Assembly (NCBI RefSeq): GCF_000150275.1
Contig: NW_002060947.1
Location: 72,494-136,493 of the forward strand
Source: Trichoplax adhaerens
Lineage: Eukaryota > Animalia > Placozoa
Direction: 5' to 3'
DNA: 64,000 nt
Shown here: piece by piece, positions 38,844 through 54,200 of the stretch
How positions within the stretch are numbered: the stretch's first letter is position 1
Layout of the letters: each line of letters begins with the position of its first letter
The notes under the pieces: generated by a model
Told to the model about the DNA's origin: nothing
The model's database searches: none
Seen by the model: only the letters and a program-made list of their open reading frames with translations
Position numbers and translations under genes: made by a program

Positions 38844-40079
38844 TGGATCTATAGTTTATACACTGATTTGGCAGGTTGCTAAGAATTTCGCTCTTGATGA
38901 TGTCACCAGAAGAACTGAAGATGTCTTCTAATCCACTTGATTTTTTAAACACAGTTGAATGCCTGTACATCAACGATTAGCCTAGAGTGTGTTTACTAGA
39001 CTTTAGGCTACCATTCAGCCCTTCGTATTTATACAACGATATACTCTTTTACTAGTTTAAACCTTTACTTTCAAGTAATCACAAGTCGATATTTCTCTCA
39101 TCCTAGCTCAAAAGACTGCCAATCGACAGCATCAACGGGTAAACACTCTACCACCAATTTTATACGGACAATAACTGCAAAAAAAATACTTGACAGAATA
39201 CCAATCTATCCTTGTTCTAGCATAAGATTGGTAGGGAAGTCTCAAAGACAGGTAATGGCACCACTCTTGGACTGTATCATGAGCTAACTGGCAATTTTTA
39301 CAGCATTTATTTACTCCTTGTAAATCAAAACTATGCTAGAATTATTCAAATTTCGAATAAACCGCCGCGCTACGGAGCTTGCGTATAACTGCTGGGGACT
39401 CAAATGGACGATGGTTATGATGCCGCTAAGCCATTATGAACTCGAAGGGCTGCACTCTTTTTTCGAGCATGTAAATCCTGCAAATTCAATCATTCATTTA
39501 TATATGTATAGAGCGAAATGGCGTCATATTTATACACGAATTCAATGGTATAAATTTGATTTTTATCCATGGCTAAAGGAAGAACATATTCAAGCTATGG
39601 TGTAACTTGTCAACTATAATCTCATACTAGCAATAGACCACACTGCACAGTACTGTTTGAGAAATAAGCCTATTTCACTATAGACGCTATGCTAACATTT
39701 TTTAGGTACGAGTAAGTTCACTGATTTGGCAAAATGTTTTATATTTGAAGTTAGTAAATCAGGCAAGAAATATCAAAATGTCAAAACTATATCATTGCAA
39801 GTAGAATTTTGTCAAGGCCAATTTCTTACTTGGAAATTCGCTCTGCAAGCATGCCTTAATCGAAGCCAATTTCAAGCTCTAGCTATTGGATACTGTATAG
39901 CAGAGCACCATAGCAGCCTATTTGGATAGTAAAACAGTAGAAAACAGTTGCAAAAGATATTTATACACGTTCGGGTAGACTATTATTATTAATTCATTCT
40001 ACATGACTAAAGGCATTAGAAGTGAAAATATAAAAATAGTTGCTGTTCTTTCTCGAAAAGTAAATACGACTGCCATCAA

Positions 40080-40790
40080 CCTAGCATAATCATGGATGCA
40101 TTTGAACATTTAGGTTGCTACTAGCAGAACGAATTACGGCGTAAGTTCGCTGCAATGCGATAGGTGTCTACTCTTAGCATAACCACCTGATGGTTAAATC
40201 GAAATCTTAAATGCTATTTGCAGAAGTAAATAAATTGAGTGAATGTGATAGTCAATATGCGAGTTAACTATCTATCTTGATTACCAGTGGTGGTTAATAC
40301 TGAAATCTTAAGTACTACTGGCACAACCAAATCATGGAAAAAGTTTAGTAAACTGGACAGTCTTGATATACGAGTGCCATTATGATAGCCAGTGATGGTT
40401 CATATTAAAATCTTAACGGCTACATGCAGAGCTAAATCATGGAATAAGTTTAGTAAATGAAAGAGTCTACGTGCATCTACGAATCTACTATTATTATAAA
40501 CAAGGATGGTTAATTTTGATCGCTACTTGAGGAACCAAATCATGGCATAAGTTTAGTGAAAGATTTAGTCAATGTAAATATTCGAGTCTATTGTTATTAT
40601 AACCAGTAATGGCTAATAATGAAATTATTAAATAGTACTTGTAGAACCAAATCATAAGATAACCTTAGTGAATGAGGTAGTCCTTATACGAGTATATAAT
40701 CATTACGTCTAGTGATGGTTATAATTGAAATCTTAAATTGTAACTTACAGAATCAATCATAGCTTAAACTCTACTGTTATGAAATATTCT
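40080..40790. repeat. Degenerate tandem array, ~105 bp unit, 6-7 copies, upstream of GCNA
   Basis: accagtgatggttaat..tgaaatcttaa...cagaaccaaatcatgg..taagtttagt recurs at ~40191, 40292, 40396, 40507, 40610 and 40716. Confidence 0.85.
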
Positions 40791-41741
40791 AAATATACAG
40801 TATAAACTACAGACAGTGACGATTGATGTTGCTATATTTCTATTTAAACATTCATGAAATACTCTAGATCCGAGCAAGACTACAGTATACAAGCAGTACA
40901 ATAATGCATATACCTATAATTTCACTAACGACGACATTGTTATCCTTGTCAAGTGATAAATCTGAGCTGGTTGAGCGATTAAAGCCTGTTTTGTATTCCA
41001 TTTTTTCCCGAGTTAATTATCTTACTGTATGATACTGAATGTTAAAATGCCTACATTCTTAACATTCTATTTATATGTAGCATGGAAACAAACTGTGCCG
41101 ATTAACCTGTTTTAACTAAAATAGACTAGTTAATAAACGCTCTTTTCCATTAAGAAATCATAGCAGCTAAAATGAGATACTAGCCGAGAAAAAAGTCGAC
41201 TGTTCTAAGTATGATTTAATTATTCATAACTATTCATCAAATCTGTTTTTTCCTGAATGTTTCAGATTAAATATAAGATAAACCAGTGGAATAGATGCCA
41301 TGATTGACAGATAATACTAATGATATGCAGTAAATTGGTATGCAATGAAATTTATAATATAGTCAAAATATTCAGCAATACAGCTTTTAACACAATCGTC
41401 GCTCGTATAGTGCCGTATTAATCGCGACTTATAAGCGATATTTTTTCGTTACAAACTATGAATTATTCTCCTTATACTTATTCAATCAACACCCACTACG
41501 GTCTATAATGCATTGACGTTTACTGAAGTATGCATGAAAAAAGTTTTAATCAAAAGCTAGTATCAAGAACAATTATCATGTTATATCCTCACTATTGTAC
41601 AATGCGCACGTACGATCGTATCAATATCCTTGCCCAACACATAGCAAGAATAAGATGGAAAAAAGTATTATATTAATGAAGATAAACTCATGCCGATGAT
41701 ACCAAAAACAGTGAAAAATTATAATTTTCCATTATATAACC

Positions 41742-41763
41742 ATATATATATATATATATATAT
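41742..41763. repeat. (TA)n microsatellite
   Basis: Direct reading. Confidence 0.85.
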
Positions 41764-44700
41764 TCTTCTATAATTATTATCTAACCAAGCAGACATTGAC
41801 TAATAGTTTAATACAAGGACAATAGCATCCGTAAAAGACGTTGAAAAGATCTTACGAGTTGTCGATACTGATGTAAATGCATGTTTTATAATGTCGATAA
41901 TATTACAGTTACATTATGATTCGGATTCCTTGTTCTTTAATCTCCAGGCATCAAACAATAAAATCAATCAAAACTCGATGTAAAATATAGCTGTTAAATC
42001 ATAATTTTTACGAATTAAACTGTATAATATTTCCAATCTATCATACTATCTTCCACTATCTTAAGTTCTTTTATGGCAACTACAATCAACAGTAATATAG
42101 ACCTCTACTATAATCCCCCTTTTAAGTTGTATCTGTCGTACCATTTCTTAAATAGCCACCCAATGTATTGGTATGACTTATAAAAAAGGCATAAAATACA
42201 ATTCAGATTAATCAAAATAATTTTATTACTTTTTCTTGTTCTAGAATTACATTTTAGCTTCTTGATCCGATGCTCAAATATAAATTTAGCAATTATTAAT
42301 TAGGTCAAGATGACATGGCTCTGAATCAGAAAAACTGGTTATTCATCTAGATACGTCTTGGCATACTTGATAATAACCCTAATTCTATATATTTTATCTT
42401 CCATTATAGCTCTTTATTACAATAACAATATCATCGCTTTATAATGATAGCCATTGTGGCTAATATGTAAACAAAACGTGATAAGGAAAGGATGATAAAG
42501 TATCGCGTTGAATATCGCCTATCATTGATTATTATTATGCTTACTGAACACTTCTATGATTAAATCTTATTCTACGTTCCGTTATATAACAAATTAAAAT
42601 GTTAGGATGCTGATAATATTATCAATTTAGTAGAATAATGAAATCAATCGGATAGAGTAAAAGCAACACCACAAATACCCTTTTCACTTTCAACTTGTAA
42701 TAAAATATATCAACGTAGTCCGCCAAAAAAGTCTTTCTTCGGGGTCATAGTTACAAATTTAACCCTATTGTCGGCGTTATAGCCAGCTGTTGGGTCAGGT
42801 GATGTTTGCCATAAGAAGGAATGCTTTGTGATCAATGAATGGTATTGTCTACACTCTACACATTATTAGTTAGCTATTAACTCTTACTAGTTATTCTATT
42901 TACTCTCTATCAGCTTGTATGCAGTTGAGCATGGATAGAATTTAATTCTATCAATAAACTTAGTCAATGCATGGTGGTATAGTTCAATGAGGAGTTGCTA
43001 TCATGATAACAAATTGGAAGGCTATGCTAATAGTTCCTCTAGCTATCTGATTATAAGTATAATTAAATACCCGTAGATAGAATCACTGATACAATTAATT
43101 TTTACCATATTTCACATCTACTTACTCTTCTTTATCCTATTCTAATTAATCATTTACTAGATTAAAATGAATAACAGACTGAGATAGATGTTCAAAATTT
43201 ACGCCTTTATCAATTTCTTTTTAGCATTTCAATCTATTAAAGAGGGCTAAATATTATCAAAGGTTGAATTTAATACCAAAAATAGAATTATATTCAATTT
43301 CAATAATCGAGTTAATATATAACATGGAAATAGCGAACAAGAGTTTTGTGGTATGTTTATTCCTATCCAATAAGATTGATTTCGAAAAAAAATGTTGGTG
43401 TATAGTAGATACTAGACATAAAACATGTCGGGAATCGCTGGAATAGTTGAAAATTAAAGTAGTTATTGTATCACTGGATAGTTTAAATAATCAAAATTAA
43501 TTACTCTATCATGGCTATAACCGATGATAGGACGATTAAACAATAAATGTCGATGAAAGAGTAAATGTTGAATATTGTTTATCACCAAAGCAGGTGTGAG
43601 GAAACTGCTTGTATGCAGACATAAGCCGACATACCAAAACATTATGCTAGACAAGGAATCTCCGCTGTAGACATTCACAATTTTTGATAGTTACAAATAC
43701 AAATTAATGATATCAAGTAACTATCTACTCGATCTACTAAACCATCATTAAGATTTAATTGTGATCTAATCTGGTTAAATATCGTCACATCATGATGTGT
43801 AATAGAATTTTACCGATACAAACTCAATCTTAGCATGGGATTATATATTATCTGCAAATGATAAATGTTATTCAATGACTAGGATATGAGACTATTACCT
43901 TTACAGTAACATAAATGTTAAGTTAAAAGTTTCGAAGTACAGTATCGCTATTGATAAACCGTTTAACTCGCCCAGAGCACTTAATCGGTTAAATAGCTTA
44001 ATTGAGCCATAGGGAATACAAAATTAATATTACGGTGGTAGCATAAAGAATCAATATTTTATTGCAATCGGCTTGAAATTGAGTAATCTTGACTCTAACC
44101 TCTTTGATGTCGAATCGAGCAAGATCACAATTACAGTTTATGACACATTTAACTCCATCATGGATAAGAAATACAATTCCAATATAGAACGTTACGATGA
44201 AAGTGAAATAATACGCAACATGTCCCCAATATCTAGACTGACTCATTCAACCTTGTTCATTTTGAAGTTTATGTAATATATCATCAATGTTACAGTGGTG
44301 TTTAATTGAAACAAATCGTAACGTATGCCACATCAAATGAATAAAGGCATCATTTTATCCTTCGAATGGGCGACAATATATCTTTTCTAGTCTAATATTT
44401 GGCCATTGAGCAATAATTGTACGAATCAGTTTGGATTATGATCTTAATTTATAATAGATGATCATCAATTAATACTGACACTTTTTGCGTAAAAAGCTGT
44501 ATGGCTAACTAAATTGTTGATTGGACAGAGATTGTAAATGGGCTATCAAGCTCAAATTGAACTGTAGCATAAATGGCACCTACTAACTGAAGATATGACA
44601 GTACCATACATCATAGTAGATTGTAGCATGTCATCATTTTATGTCCTTTATTTATTTCTACCATCTTCATCAATCGCTACGGCCACAGGTACAGTAATGA

Positions 44701-47700
44701 TGATGATACTAAAATAATCTCTCATTGAGTTAATGGAAAGATTACATAATGAACATCAATCCTAAATTAACTGTATATTAAGCTAAACAGTAGGTTATTG
44801 GTAATTTTGTATTTACAATTGATACTATTCATAGCAACTAAATATTTTTATAGTGACAGAAACTACACTTAAACGCAATATTCAACGTATTACGCTACCG
44901 ATATTATGAAGCGGTTATTATAGTGATAAGTTGAAATTAAGTTTAGATCTAAATAAGGAACTAGGCATACAATATAGTATGGCCATGATTAACTGTTCCC
45001 ATCTTCAGAATGTTCAAACTTTTCTTGGCAATCTTACAGTTTATTGCTATGTATTACTCTCTTTCCTTTGGTCAGCCTATTATCAATTTAGCTGTTTTAA
45101 TACGATCAAGAAGAAGAAAATAGTTCTTATCGCTGTGAGCTTAAACAGCTACCCATGAATCAACCATCCCATGCCTACATGAAAATGTGTAAAAGAGGTC
45201 TTTTACGCATAGCTTCCTTTGGTAGGCAGTCCATACATAGATATAAATCAGACCGTGTCATTGTTCAGTTATAGTCCAATGATTGACAAGATAATACAAA
45301 AATCGCTTTAAATTTTAAACTTTTCAGCGAGATGGCTTGGTCTCTAAGCTATTCTCTTTCTTCCGTACAAAAATGTTGTATCTAAGTGAAAAAAAAAATA
45401 GTACTACAGCATGGTTAGAACAATTTCAAACAATCCTATCGGTATCAATGATGCTGTGTCGGTATTAAAAGAAAAGCAACATTGAATTTTGCTTGACTTT
45501 CCATGTCTATGGTATTGGATACCTTTTGATGCTTTACTTTAACTGGCTCAATTTCAATTGTACTTGTATGAAATAACTTCAATAATGTTACTAATTTGAC
45601 TAGTTTAACATGGTGATAGTAAACTAGACTGTTGCATGTTACGATGTAAATGGTATGATGTTTCTAACGCGAAGTACATAGGTTTCCAGTATGATTGACA
45701 ATTAATCTCATCGATAGCATTTGTGATTGAATTTTGCGTAGCATGTTCGTCGTGGTGGATAGTATGCTCAATCAATTTGAGACTTTTTCTATCATTTCGG
45801 TCTAAATCGATACCCGTAGTATGAGAGCAATGTCAAAGGGAAAAGTTGCTCTATCCATTTATTTCGATTACTGTAGCTTTTATTGTGTTGACAGCATCGA
45901 TTAGTCTCTATCGAAACTTGAATGGCAGCGTTTGGCGAAATAGAAAGTACAAGAGGGCAAATCTTCCATGGCTACTTTGGCAGTCTACCAAGTTGTGTTG
46001 TGGTAGGAAAATCATGCTTATATAAACAAAATGAACTTGGATTTCAAATTGATAACAGATCGTGTTGGTGGGGAACAAGGAGCATGGTGTTGTCTTCAAT
46101 TTAGGCAATACATTATCTTTTGGTAGGGAGCGGTGGCTGATGAGAATTTATTGATTATTAGCATATGAGTACCGTAATGCTATTGTATGTCGTGTGGATG
46201 GTGACAAAAAACTAACAATTCAACTCCATAGGGGTATAGTATAGGAAATTGTATAAATAGAAAGTAATCGGATCCTGTAAAATTGAAGGGTAAACTATAA
46301 CAACATGTCTTGTTCGCCATGCCGACCACATGACTGAATCAATCGATGAAGTTGTTCGCATACGATAATGGTGATTCGTCATGATCATGAAAGAGTTGGA
46401 CAATTTGCATTGCTGACGCAAGATATGAAAGAGATGGAAAAAAAAAAAAATAATTCAACAAGTCATAATAGAAAGAGACCCTTATGAATAGAAATCAAAA
46501 ACAAAATACTGTCGATCTATCCAAGTAGAGGAAGGAACACTACTGATTTCTTTTGCCTACACATGGAAGTATCGATCGATAAGTAGAACTTTTGATAAAT
46601 GAATAGTGATGGACATTTATGTTTTTGCAAGAGCGGCAAGTATCCATGTAACGGAAAGAATAGTATAATTAATTTGAGTTAAGTCATAAAGACGATGAGG
46701 CGAGAGTGGATAAGATAATTACTGTCATTTTCTCATCGACTACTGCAAATAGATGATGTTGGAGTGGTTGATGATCATTCATTTTTTGGGGGGATCAAAT
46801 CTATTTTCACTTTTTGCTGACTCTAGCCTACACCAGCCAGCCATTGCCCTAAGTCGATCTCTTTCTTTCCCTCTTGATCATGACTGTGCTCTCTCCCCCA
46901 ATGTCAATATTAACACGTCGTCAAGATTGACCGTTCCCTTGGACAGAGACGATGTTGATGAAAGCATGATTGCAACTCATCATGTCGTGATTAACTCCGA
47001 TTGGAAATCATCATTGAAGTCGTTATTATTTTTTGGGGGGACTTGGAGTATTTTTTGCAACTAAAGTACTCGCGTGCCTTGGATAATCAAAATGATCTTA
47101 ATAGCGTTTTACGCCACGGCGCTGGTTGAATACAACCATTGTAATTACATTTGAAGCCAATCATTGAGTAGCGCACCAATCAGCAGCATGCTATTGTTGA
47201 CCCTTGAATACAAGGTAGAGAGTCTGGCGGCAGTATCCACCAATCAACGCCATAAAGAGGTCCAAATGATTGACGTTTGCAACCAATGTCGTCCGTTAAT
47301 GATGATGATAGGATAGAAGTTGAAAGCAACCAGTGGTGAACAATCAAACCGATGAAAAATGTGAAAAGAATGCCATTGAAAAGAAATCAACAACAATAGC
47401 GTGCAAAAAATAAAAACTGAAAAGATTCCAACAGCAACAATGGGATAATAAAAAAATAAAATAAGACACACGCTCACATTCGTTAGTTCAACTTGTATAA
47501 CTTTGAAGTTGATCAATCAAAAAGTGAAAAATAAAAAGGAAAACTTTGTGTAAAAATAAAAATAATCATCATCATCATAATAATAATCATTCTACACTTG
47601 GATTGGACATGTTATTTTTCGATCGGCTAGTTTTGTTCATTGACTAACTGACTGATTTCATTCCACTAGGACTCACAGTACGGTAGTAATTGCTCGTTGT

Positions 47701-48014
47701 TAGCCAATAAGCGCAATCGATACATTCACTCATAGCCTTCCAATCGTCATGTTGATCCAATGGTACACCGTATGATCGTTCTACTCAATAATTACTTGCA
47801 AATTGTACTTGGTTGCTATTGAATAATACAAGATCCAAATTGAATTAATCGAAGAGAAATCGACTACAACTCCATCTCCGGTATTATTGGCCTAATCACT
47901 TCTAGTGTCGGTGTAAAAAAGACCTTTGACAACACATACCGTTTATGCATATCCAAGTCGATACATATGGATATATAAAAGAGAAACAAGCAGTCCCAGT
48001 GTGTGTCAAGAGTG

Positions 48015-48082
48015 TAGAAGAGAGAGAGAAAGAGACAGAGTCAGAGAGAGAAAGTCAGAGAAAAGAGACAGAGAAAGAAAAT
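48015..48082 (+). promoter_or_regulatory. GA-rich purine tract just downstream of a TATA-like sequence (tatataaaag ~47972)
   Basis: agaagagagagagaaagagacagagtcagagagagaaag... ~150 bp upstream of the orphan gene ATG. Confidence 0.45.
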
Positions 48083-48221
48083 AATTGTCAACTTGAGTTT
48101 CATTTTTTCTTGAAAGTCGATTGATTAGTAACAAGAAAGAAAAAAAATTCAATCATCCAAGTAGTGCAATCAAATCGAGGGTCAAGTCGACATCAATGAA
48201 TTTTCATTGTTACCACCTACC

Positions 48222-51200
48222 ATGAACGAGAACAGAACCGTTACGACCAGCCATGATGATAAATATTCGGAATTAGTTGATCCATGCCGTAAGTTTCTCC
48301 AACTTGATTGATTGATGTTTTGATGTTAATAACGGTAGTAAACGATAAGCGTGAACTAGGTCAACGTTGTCATCGGATAGACTTATCCTAGGCTTGTATA
48401 TAGTCTATTGAAATACAGTCGACTCGCAAACAGACTGATGTCAATACTCATAACATAGAGATCGATAGAACCAATCGATCAACATGACTGACTGGCTTAC
48501 ATAGACATATAGTACAAAATTGATATCAAAAAGTTGACGTAGATAGGCAGCAATCGATTGAGATATATTAATCAATCTAGATTGATAGCACAGAAAGGAT
48601 ACGTCTACCGTAAGTAATATTGGGTGAAGAGTTTAATATTGTATCGACTATAGTATTCTAGCGCCATTCTAGACGACGACAGTCAATATTCATATCATCT
48701 ATTTCTATCAGTAATTCTATAATTTAATCAACAAAATAAGGTATGATGACGGGTTGATCATCATTAAATAAGCCATGACTATAGTTTAATCCAGTTCATC
48801 AAGCTCATTGATATCCTGTTTTTAATCCCTTTTACGTATATTATTGCAGCAAGTCTTACCTACGAGATGAGTTCAAGAATTGATAAATGAATCAACGAAT
48901 TCTAATTTCCACTTGCCTGTATCTACTGTACTTACTGTCCAACTAAGCTACGTTAATTTCATCTCATGTAAACAATATCGATGATCATGTTACACTACTG
49001 TAAGCTAACAGTTAGTGGAAGGTGCCATATTCATCCATCTATCTAAAGTTTTTATATTAAGTAAACTTCAATCTCAATAATCATAGTGGCCCAATCTATT
49101 ACAAGAGGTATTATTGCTACCTTAGGATTGATTATTTAATGAAAGTAATCAGCTATGACACACACCAGCGTTATTTTTATCTACACTTTATGACTAATAT
49201 TAGCGTATACGAATATATATGGATCGATCGATAGAGTGCAATCAGTAGTTGTACTAGTAGTTATAAACCACAAGATAGGATCATTCCCTGGAAAGATTGC
49301 TTCATTACCGTTGCTAGTAAAAAAATGGCGTGCCATTAACCCATTTGGATAGTTAAAAGGGATATACCGATTATCTTATACAAGAATATCCCAATTAGCT
49401 TAAGTGTCACACACCAGAGTTATATCAATCAAGTATAAAATATTCATATTACATTATTTTGATACGCCAAGTGAGAATGCAATAATCATCATCAAAATGA
49501 AACGTAGTACTACCGCTGTTGTCATTACTAGATTTGCAATGACATTATCATTAATCAATTTTATATTTAGTAATTGACTATACGTCCATTAATAGAGTAA
49601 AGCATTTTTTTTTTCTATTCCCTTTACTTGGTTCCGCTTTCTTGATGATTATTATATGGTTCTGTAATTGAAATTGTTGTCGTTAATATTTTGTCCGTAT
49701 CATATATATCCTTGCTATCACCACTTCCATTTCTTGGATTAAGCATATGAATATTATACTTGCATATTATTTGGCTAACAAAGTGATTATCATGCAACAT
49801 AAAATACAAGATGCTTACGTTTATTCTTAGTTTATATAATATCTATGGTAATAAGTGTTCAAATCGATACATTCAAACAAACTAATGGCGATTTTTTTTT
49901 TAATCGTATGAATCGATAATAATCATGGGGTTAATCGATTGATTGACTACACTCTAAAAATATACCAAATACAGAAAATCAGAGTAAGTTAAATCAAGAA
50001 CAACTAGCGAAACAGATATACGAATTACATCCTGGAATGGCTTTGAGAAAGCAGCAAAATCAAACTAACCCCATTATCAGAAATACTACAACTAACATAC
50101 CCACACACGACAAAACAGAACAAAATCCATTCAACCATGTGGCATCGTATCAAAACGATCTCACCAAGGTAAGCCCACCTTAGTATGAATTTCCTATACT
50201 CCATTACGATTACTTATTTTTATATTTAAGTTGAAGGATGAGGTCGTAATCACTGATGGCAAATTGTTTCCTTGTTAGACTTTAATGAATATTTATTTTT
50301 CTTCCTTTAAGTTTTTAAAGTATTCAGACACTTATTTTTACGATAATATGTTTTTGATAATTTAAAATTTTGCTGATTCTTATGTTTACTGTTCTTGATT
50401 GATCTGTTACTTATGCTTGCTAAATACTTATAAACGGTATGAAGGAATTTTATAAGTTACCATCTATAGATCGATACCATGATATTAGTACGAATGTCAC
50501 ACTGCGACATTACTGGAGATTTATAGCCATAAAAATAATTAAATTATCCTGGTAATGGAAGTTTCAGACATAAAAATAGTACACAAGTATGTTATGATTA
50601 AGTTATTTGGGGAAGTACTTATAAATTGCTTTCGATCAATTCTACGGGTTCACTTTGAAGACTGAGTGTCTGAGTAAATCATTTTTATTAGACGGCTTAC
50701 CTCCTATATTGATTTGGCTAAGACTTTTGCTTATAAAATCTTAAGCAAGGCCAGCTAACATTAATGATAGTTATTCTCGAGTAGCACAAAAATTGATGCT
50801 GTAGATGCTGCTGTATGAGTTGGGAAGACACAATGGCGCTTGATAGCTTAATGCCTGTAAATCTATGTTATATTTGCTAAATAAGAGATGGATTTGTGTT
50901 TGCATAATATGAAAACATAAAAAGAAGTAAGAAACAGACTGCTGGAGATGTGATAAATCTAGTAATGGATGAGATAAAGCGATGATTGTTAAGGATTGAA
51001 CAATTATCGACATAGTGAAATTTTACTTCTAGGATAAAACTGGTTGGACACGTTGTCTAGGATAACTATAATAATTTATAAAAGTAAGGTTGCACAGCTT
51101 TGAAACGTCTATATCCGATTTAGATCATCTACAATCAGGGTATAATTTAACTTTAGTAGAACCATGTACATGTAATGGACGACAAAAAGTTAATGTATAT

Positions 51201-54200
51201 TGTATAATCATGAAGGGAATAATTCCTTAAAAAATTATACAGTAGCAGTTTTTTCTTGGTTGTTCTATCGTTGACTTACAAGTAGCTTAACAGGAGCTTC
51301 GGTGGGTCGTCTTATTGAATACAGCATTTTTTTTTTAGGAAGAGATGATATAATATTTAAACCACTTATTTAGTTAGGGACTTCGATAAGACTTAATCAT
51401 AACTTCCTAGTTTGTTAATCTATAAAGAAATTTAAAAATTGATCTTTGGTATAAATTGTACAAAAGACCATGATACAATAGGGAATTAGTGGATCTTTTC
51501 TCCTCACAATAACAGAACTAGCTTCGCTTCTATTTATTGTTTATGTCATATGAGCATTTAAATTATGCTTCTTCCTTTAAATGATCAGTTGCTGACTTCC
51601 ACTGGATTCCGTTACATGCATTGCTAAGTAAGAGTACATGTTTTAATCCTATTAAGTCCAAATATTAACTCTCTAAGATCAAGTTAAGCAATGTATGATC
51701 GTGCGCAATGAAAAATCGGCTCACAATATTTGATTTCTTTCTTAAGGAGTTTAACTATTTTGGAGGGAAAATAGGTATTGATCTATTCAGTAGACATTAA
51801 AGCGTTGATAGATAACTAGTGAACATTTAGTTGACTAATTAAATTTTATTTTATTTATTCTAACCGAAACAAATGTATAACGGTATTGTTAACGGCAATC
51901 AGTATTTTTGTTCCTGAAATAAGAACCATAAAGTAGACTTAAATGATACAGAACTACCGTAAATAAGGTTGCAAACCAATGAAATAGATTTAATCGAGTA
52001 GTTCAAAGAACTAGTTCGAGGTTTCTCTTTTGCTTTAGAAAACGCATATTAATTTTTTTGAAAAGTAATTGAGCTAACTATATCTTGTCAATATAATTTA
52101 GTTCAAATAAGAAGGTAAGATGCATGTGAACTGAGAATTAAAGTTATGTATTACGAGCTATAAGCTTTATTTTTACAGTTGGTACTTGTTTAATTTTATA
52201 ACTTATGACTAACGATAAGAGAATATATTCTATTAAATTTATACATTGAAGGAACCTTAGTACATTTCTATGCCATATGTTCATATCTAATCTTCAATAT
52301 CAGTTAGAAAAGAATATACAACTTACGAGAACGAGTTGTTCTCTATAGTACAATTGCTATGTAAAGATAATACACGTTTTAGCAAATGAAAAAGGAATTT
52401 ACTTCCTTTAGATACATATTAGTGTCGTTAACAATCGTCATATTAAAATTGCGGCGAAAAAGCCGGATAGGAAGTTTAATGATAAACGACCTAGAAATAC
52501 AACGTAGAAAATATATCATATCACAATTTGTTCAATATTATAGTCACTTTCTCCTAAGCGAAGCCTGTTATACAGTCAATTTTGGCAAAGTATCCATCAT
52601 TTAAACCATTCTTTAAAATTTTAAGAAGTAGAAGAATGATATACAGTCGTTACTTGTGACCAAAAAATAGATAGAATTGCTATTTCATCAATTTAGCGTC
52701 GAAAGTAAACAAAAGTGTCATATCCTAAGTGAGATTGCAATGGTTGAACAAATTAAGCCATAATATCGTAGGAGCTATAGATACCCTAAGTAATATTCAA
52801 TAACTAGTTAGTGTAGTAATAATCAAGTAATTGTTACATTGAGCAAAAGTTATTATTTCTATTCCTGTAGTACAGTTCTATTAGTCAAGTATTTATAAAG
52901 TGCAAGATTGTTGGATCAACTTTATCTAAAAATTTAATTGACAATGTATTTTATTTAACCTAAATAGCTTAATTAACGTCAAAACTAAGTTCTAGAATAC
53001 TACAAATAGCTGGTTCGAGGCTTACAGAGTCAATGATTACAGTATAGTCATACAGTAACTTATTCCTCAGGTATTATATGAAATGCTTTCAATCAAACCA
53101 AAGCATATGGAAGTCGTATCAAGAGTAGTAAAAAACTAACTATACCATCTGGTTACAATAATAGAATGCATTTTAAAGTCCAAAATAAAATACTACCGAT
53201 TTTGCCTTGTAAAAAGATGTAAAATTGATCAAATTAATGTTTTATTTATTAAAATTGTATTTTCGGAAGTCGATAATTGTATAGAAAGTACCGATTCACA
53301 ATTAAAGATGACAGTAGAAACGAGACAACTGCCGACTGTATTAGTTTAATGTTATCTTATTATTATATTCTAATTGAGGACTGACTTACAATTCAATAAT
53401 CAAATCACCTGATTAAGAAAGAGAGAAAATATTGATGTGGAGGTTAAAATTGTAAACTTTATTGGTAAACAAGTCAAGTTTGACTAGCCAATCGGTTATA
53501 AAAAATCTTAGTTCAAATAGTAGCCATCACTCGGTAGCATATTCTTCAAAATAAAATTTTGCCCACAATGAGGATGCGTTGAAGTAGTAATTTACCCATA
53601 GAATTTCTATTAAGTACTTTTTCAACTAGAATTATAATAGAAGGAAGGACTATTTTATCAACTGTTAGAGATTTATTCAAGCCACAGTCTATTAGAACAC
53701 CATACGCCTACTCGAATTATTTTACTTAGATACTGAGCTATGAATAACTCTTACAACGGCAAGTAAAGATTAGGGCAATAATGTAGAATTCTCCAATAGA
53801 AAATAGTATTGCACCTAGTTAATACCAGAGGATTGTAATTGTTATATTTCTCTTTGATATCAAAGTTTAATTAAAAACATGCTTTTAGATCGTAATACAC
53901 TTGTACACCCATTGTCTTTACTCATCTGTTTAAAACGTAATAAATAGATTTCTGTCTGTTTACACGATTTCGAATCTTTGGATAGTTATAACAAATTGAA
54001 ATACGTCGATTACGATTACGGTAACTACAGCAACAACTCTTACACGAAAAAAATTGGGGACCATTTGAATGATTTAATTTCTCTTAATGAATTCTCAGCT
54101 ATTAGGCTGAGCGGAATTATTGGTAATCTATTAGTAATTTAATCTAGCTATTAATGGTAGTTAAAGCCTTAACTCTACGTAGTTTTCTTGATGTGGAACA

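Noticed and set aside
36900-40790. CRISPR-like arrays
   Set aside because: Whole units are homologous with no unique spacers, the context is eukaryotic, and there are no cas genes.
39333-47516. Isolated 60-103 aa ORFs in the gene-poor region
   Set aside because: Lengths are near chance expectation, with no recognisable motifs and no consistent splice-phase chain.
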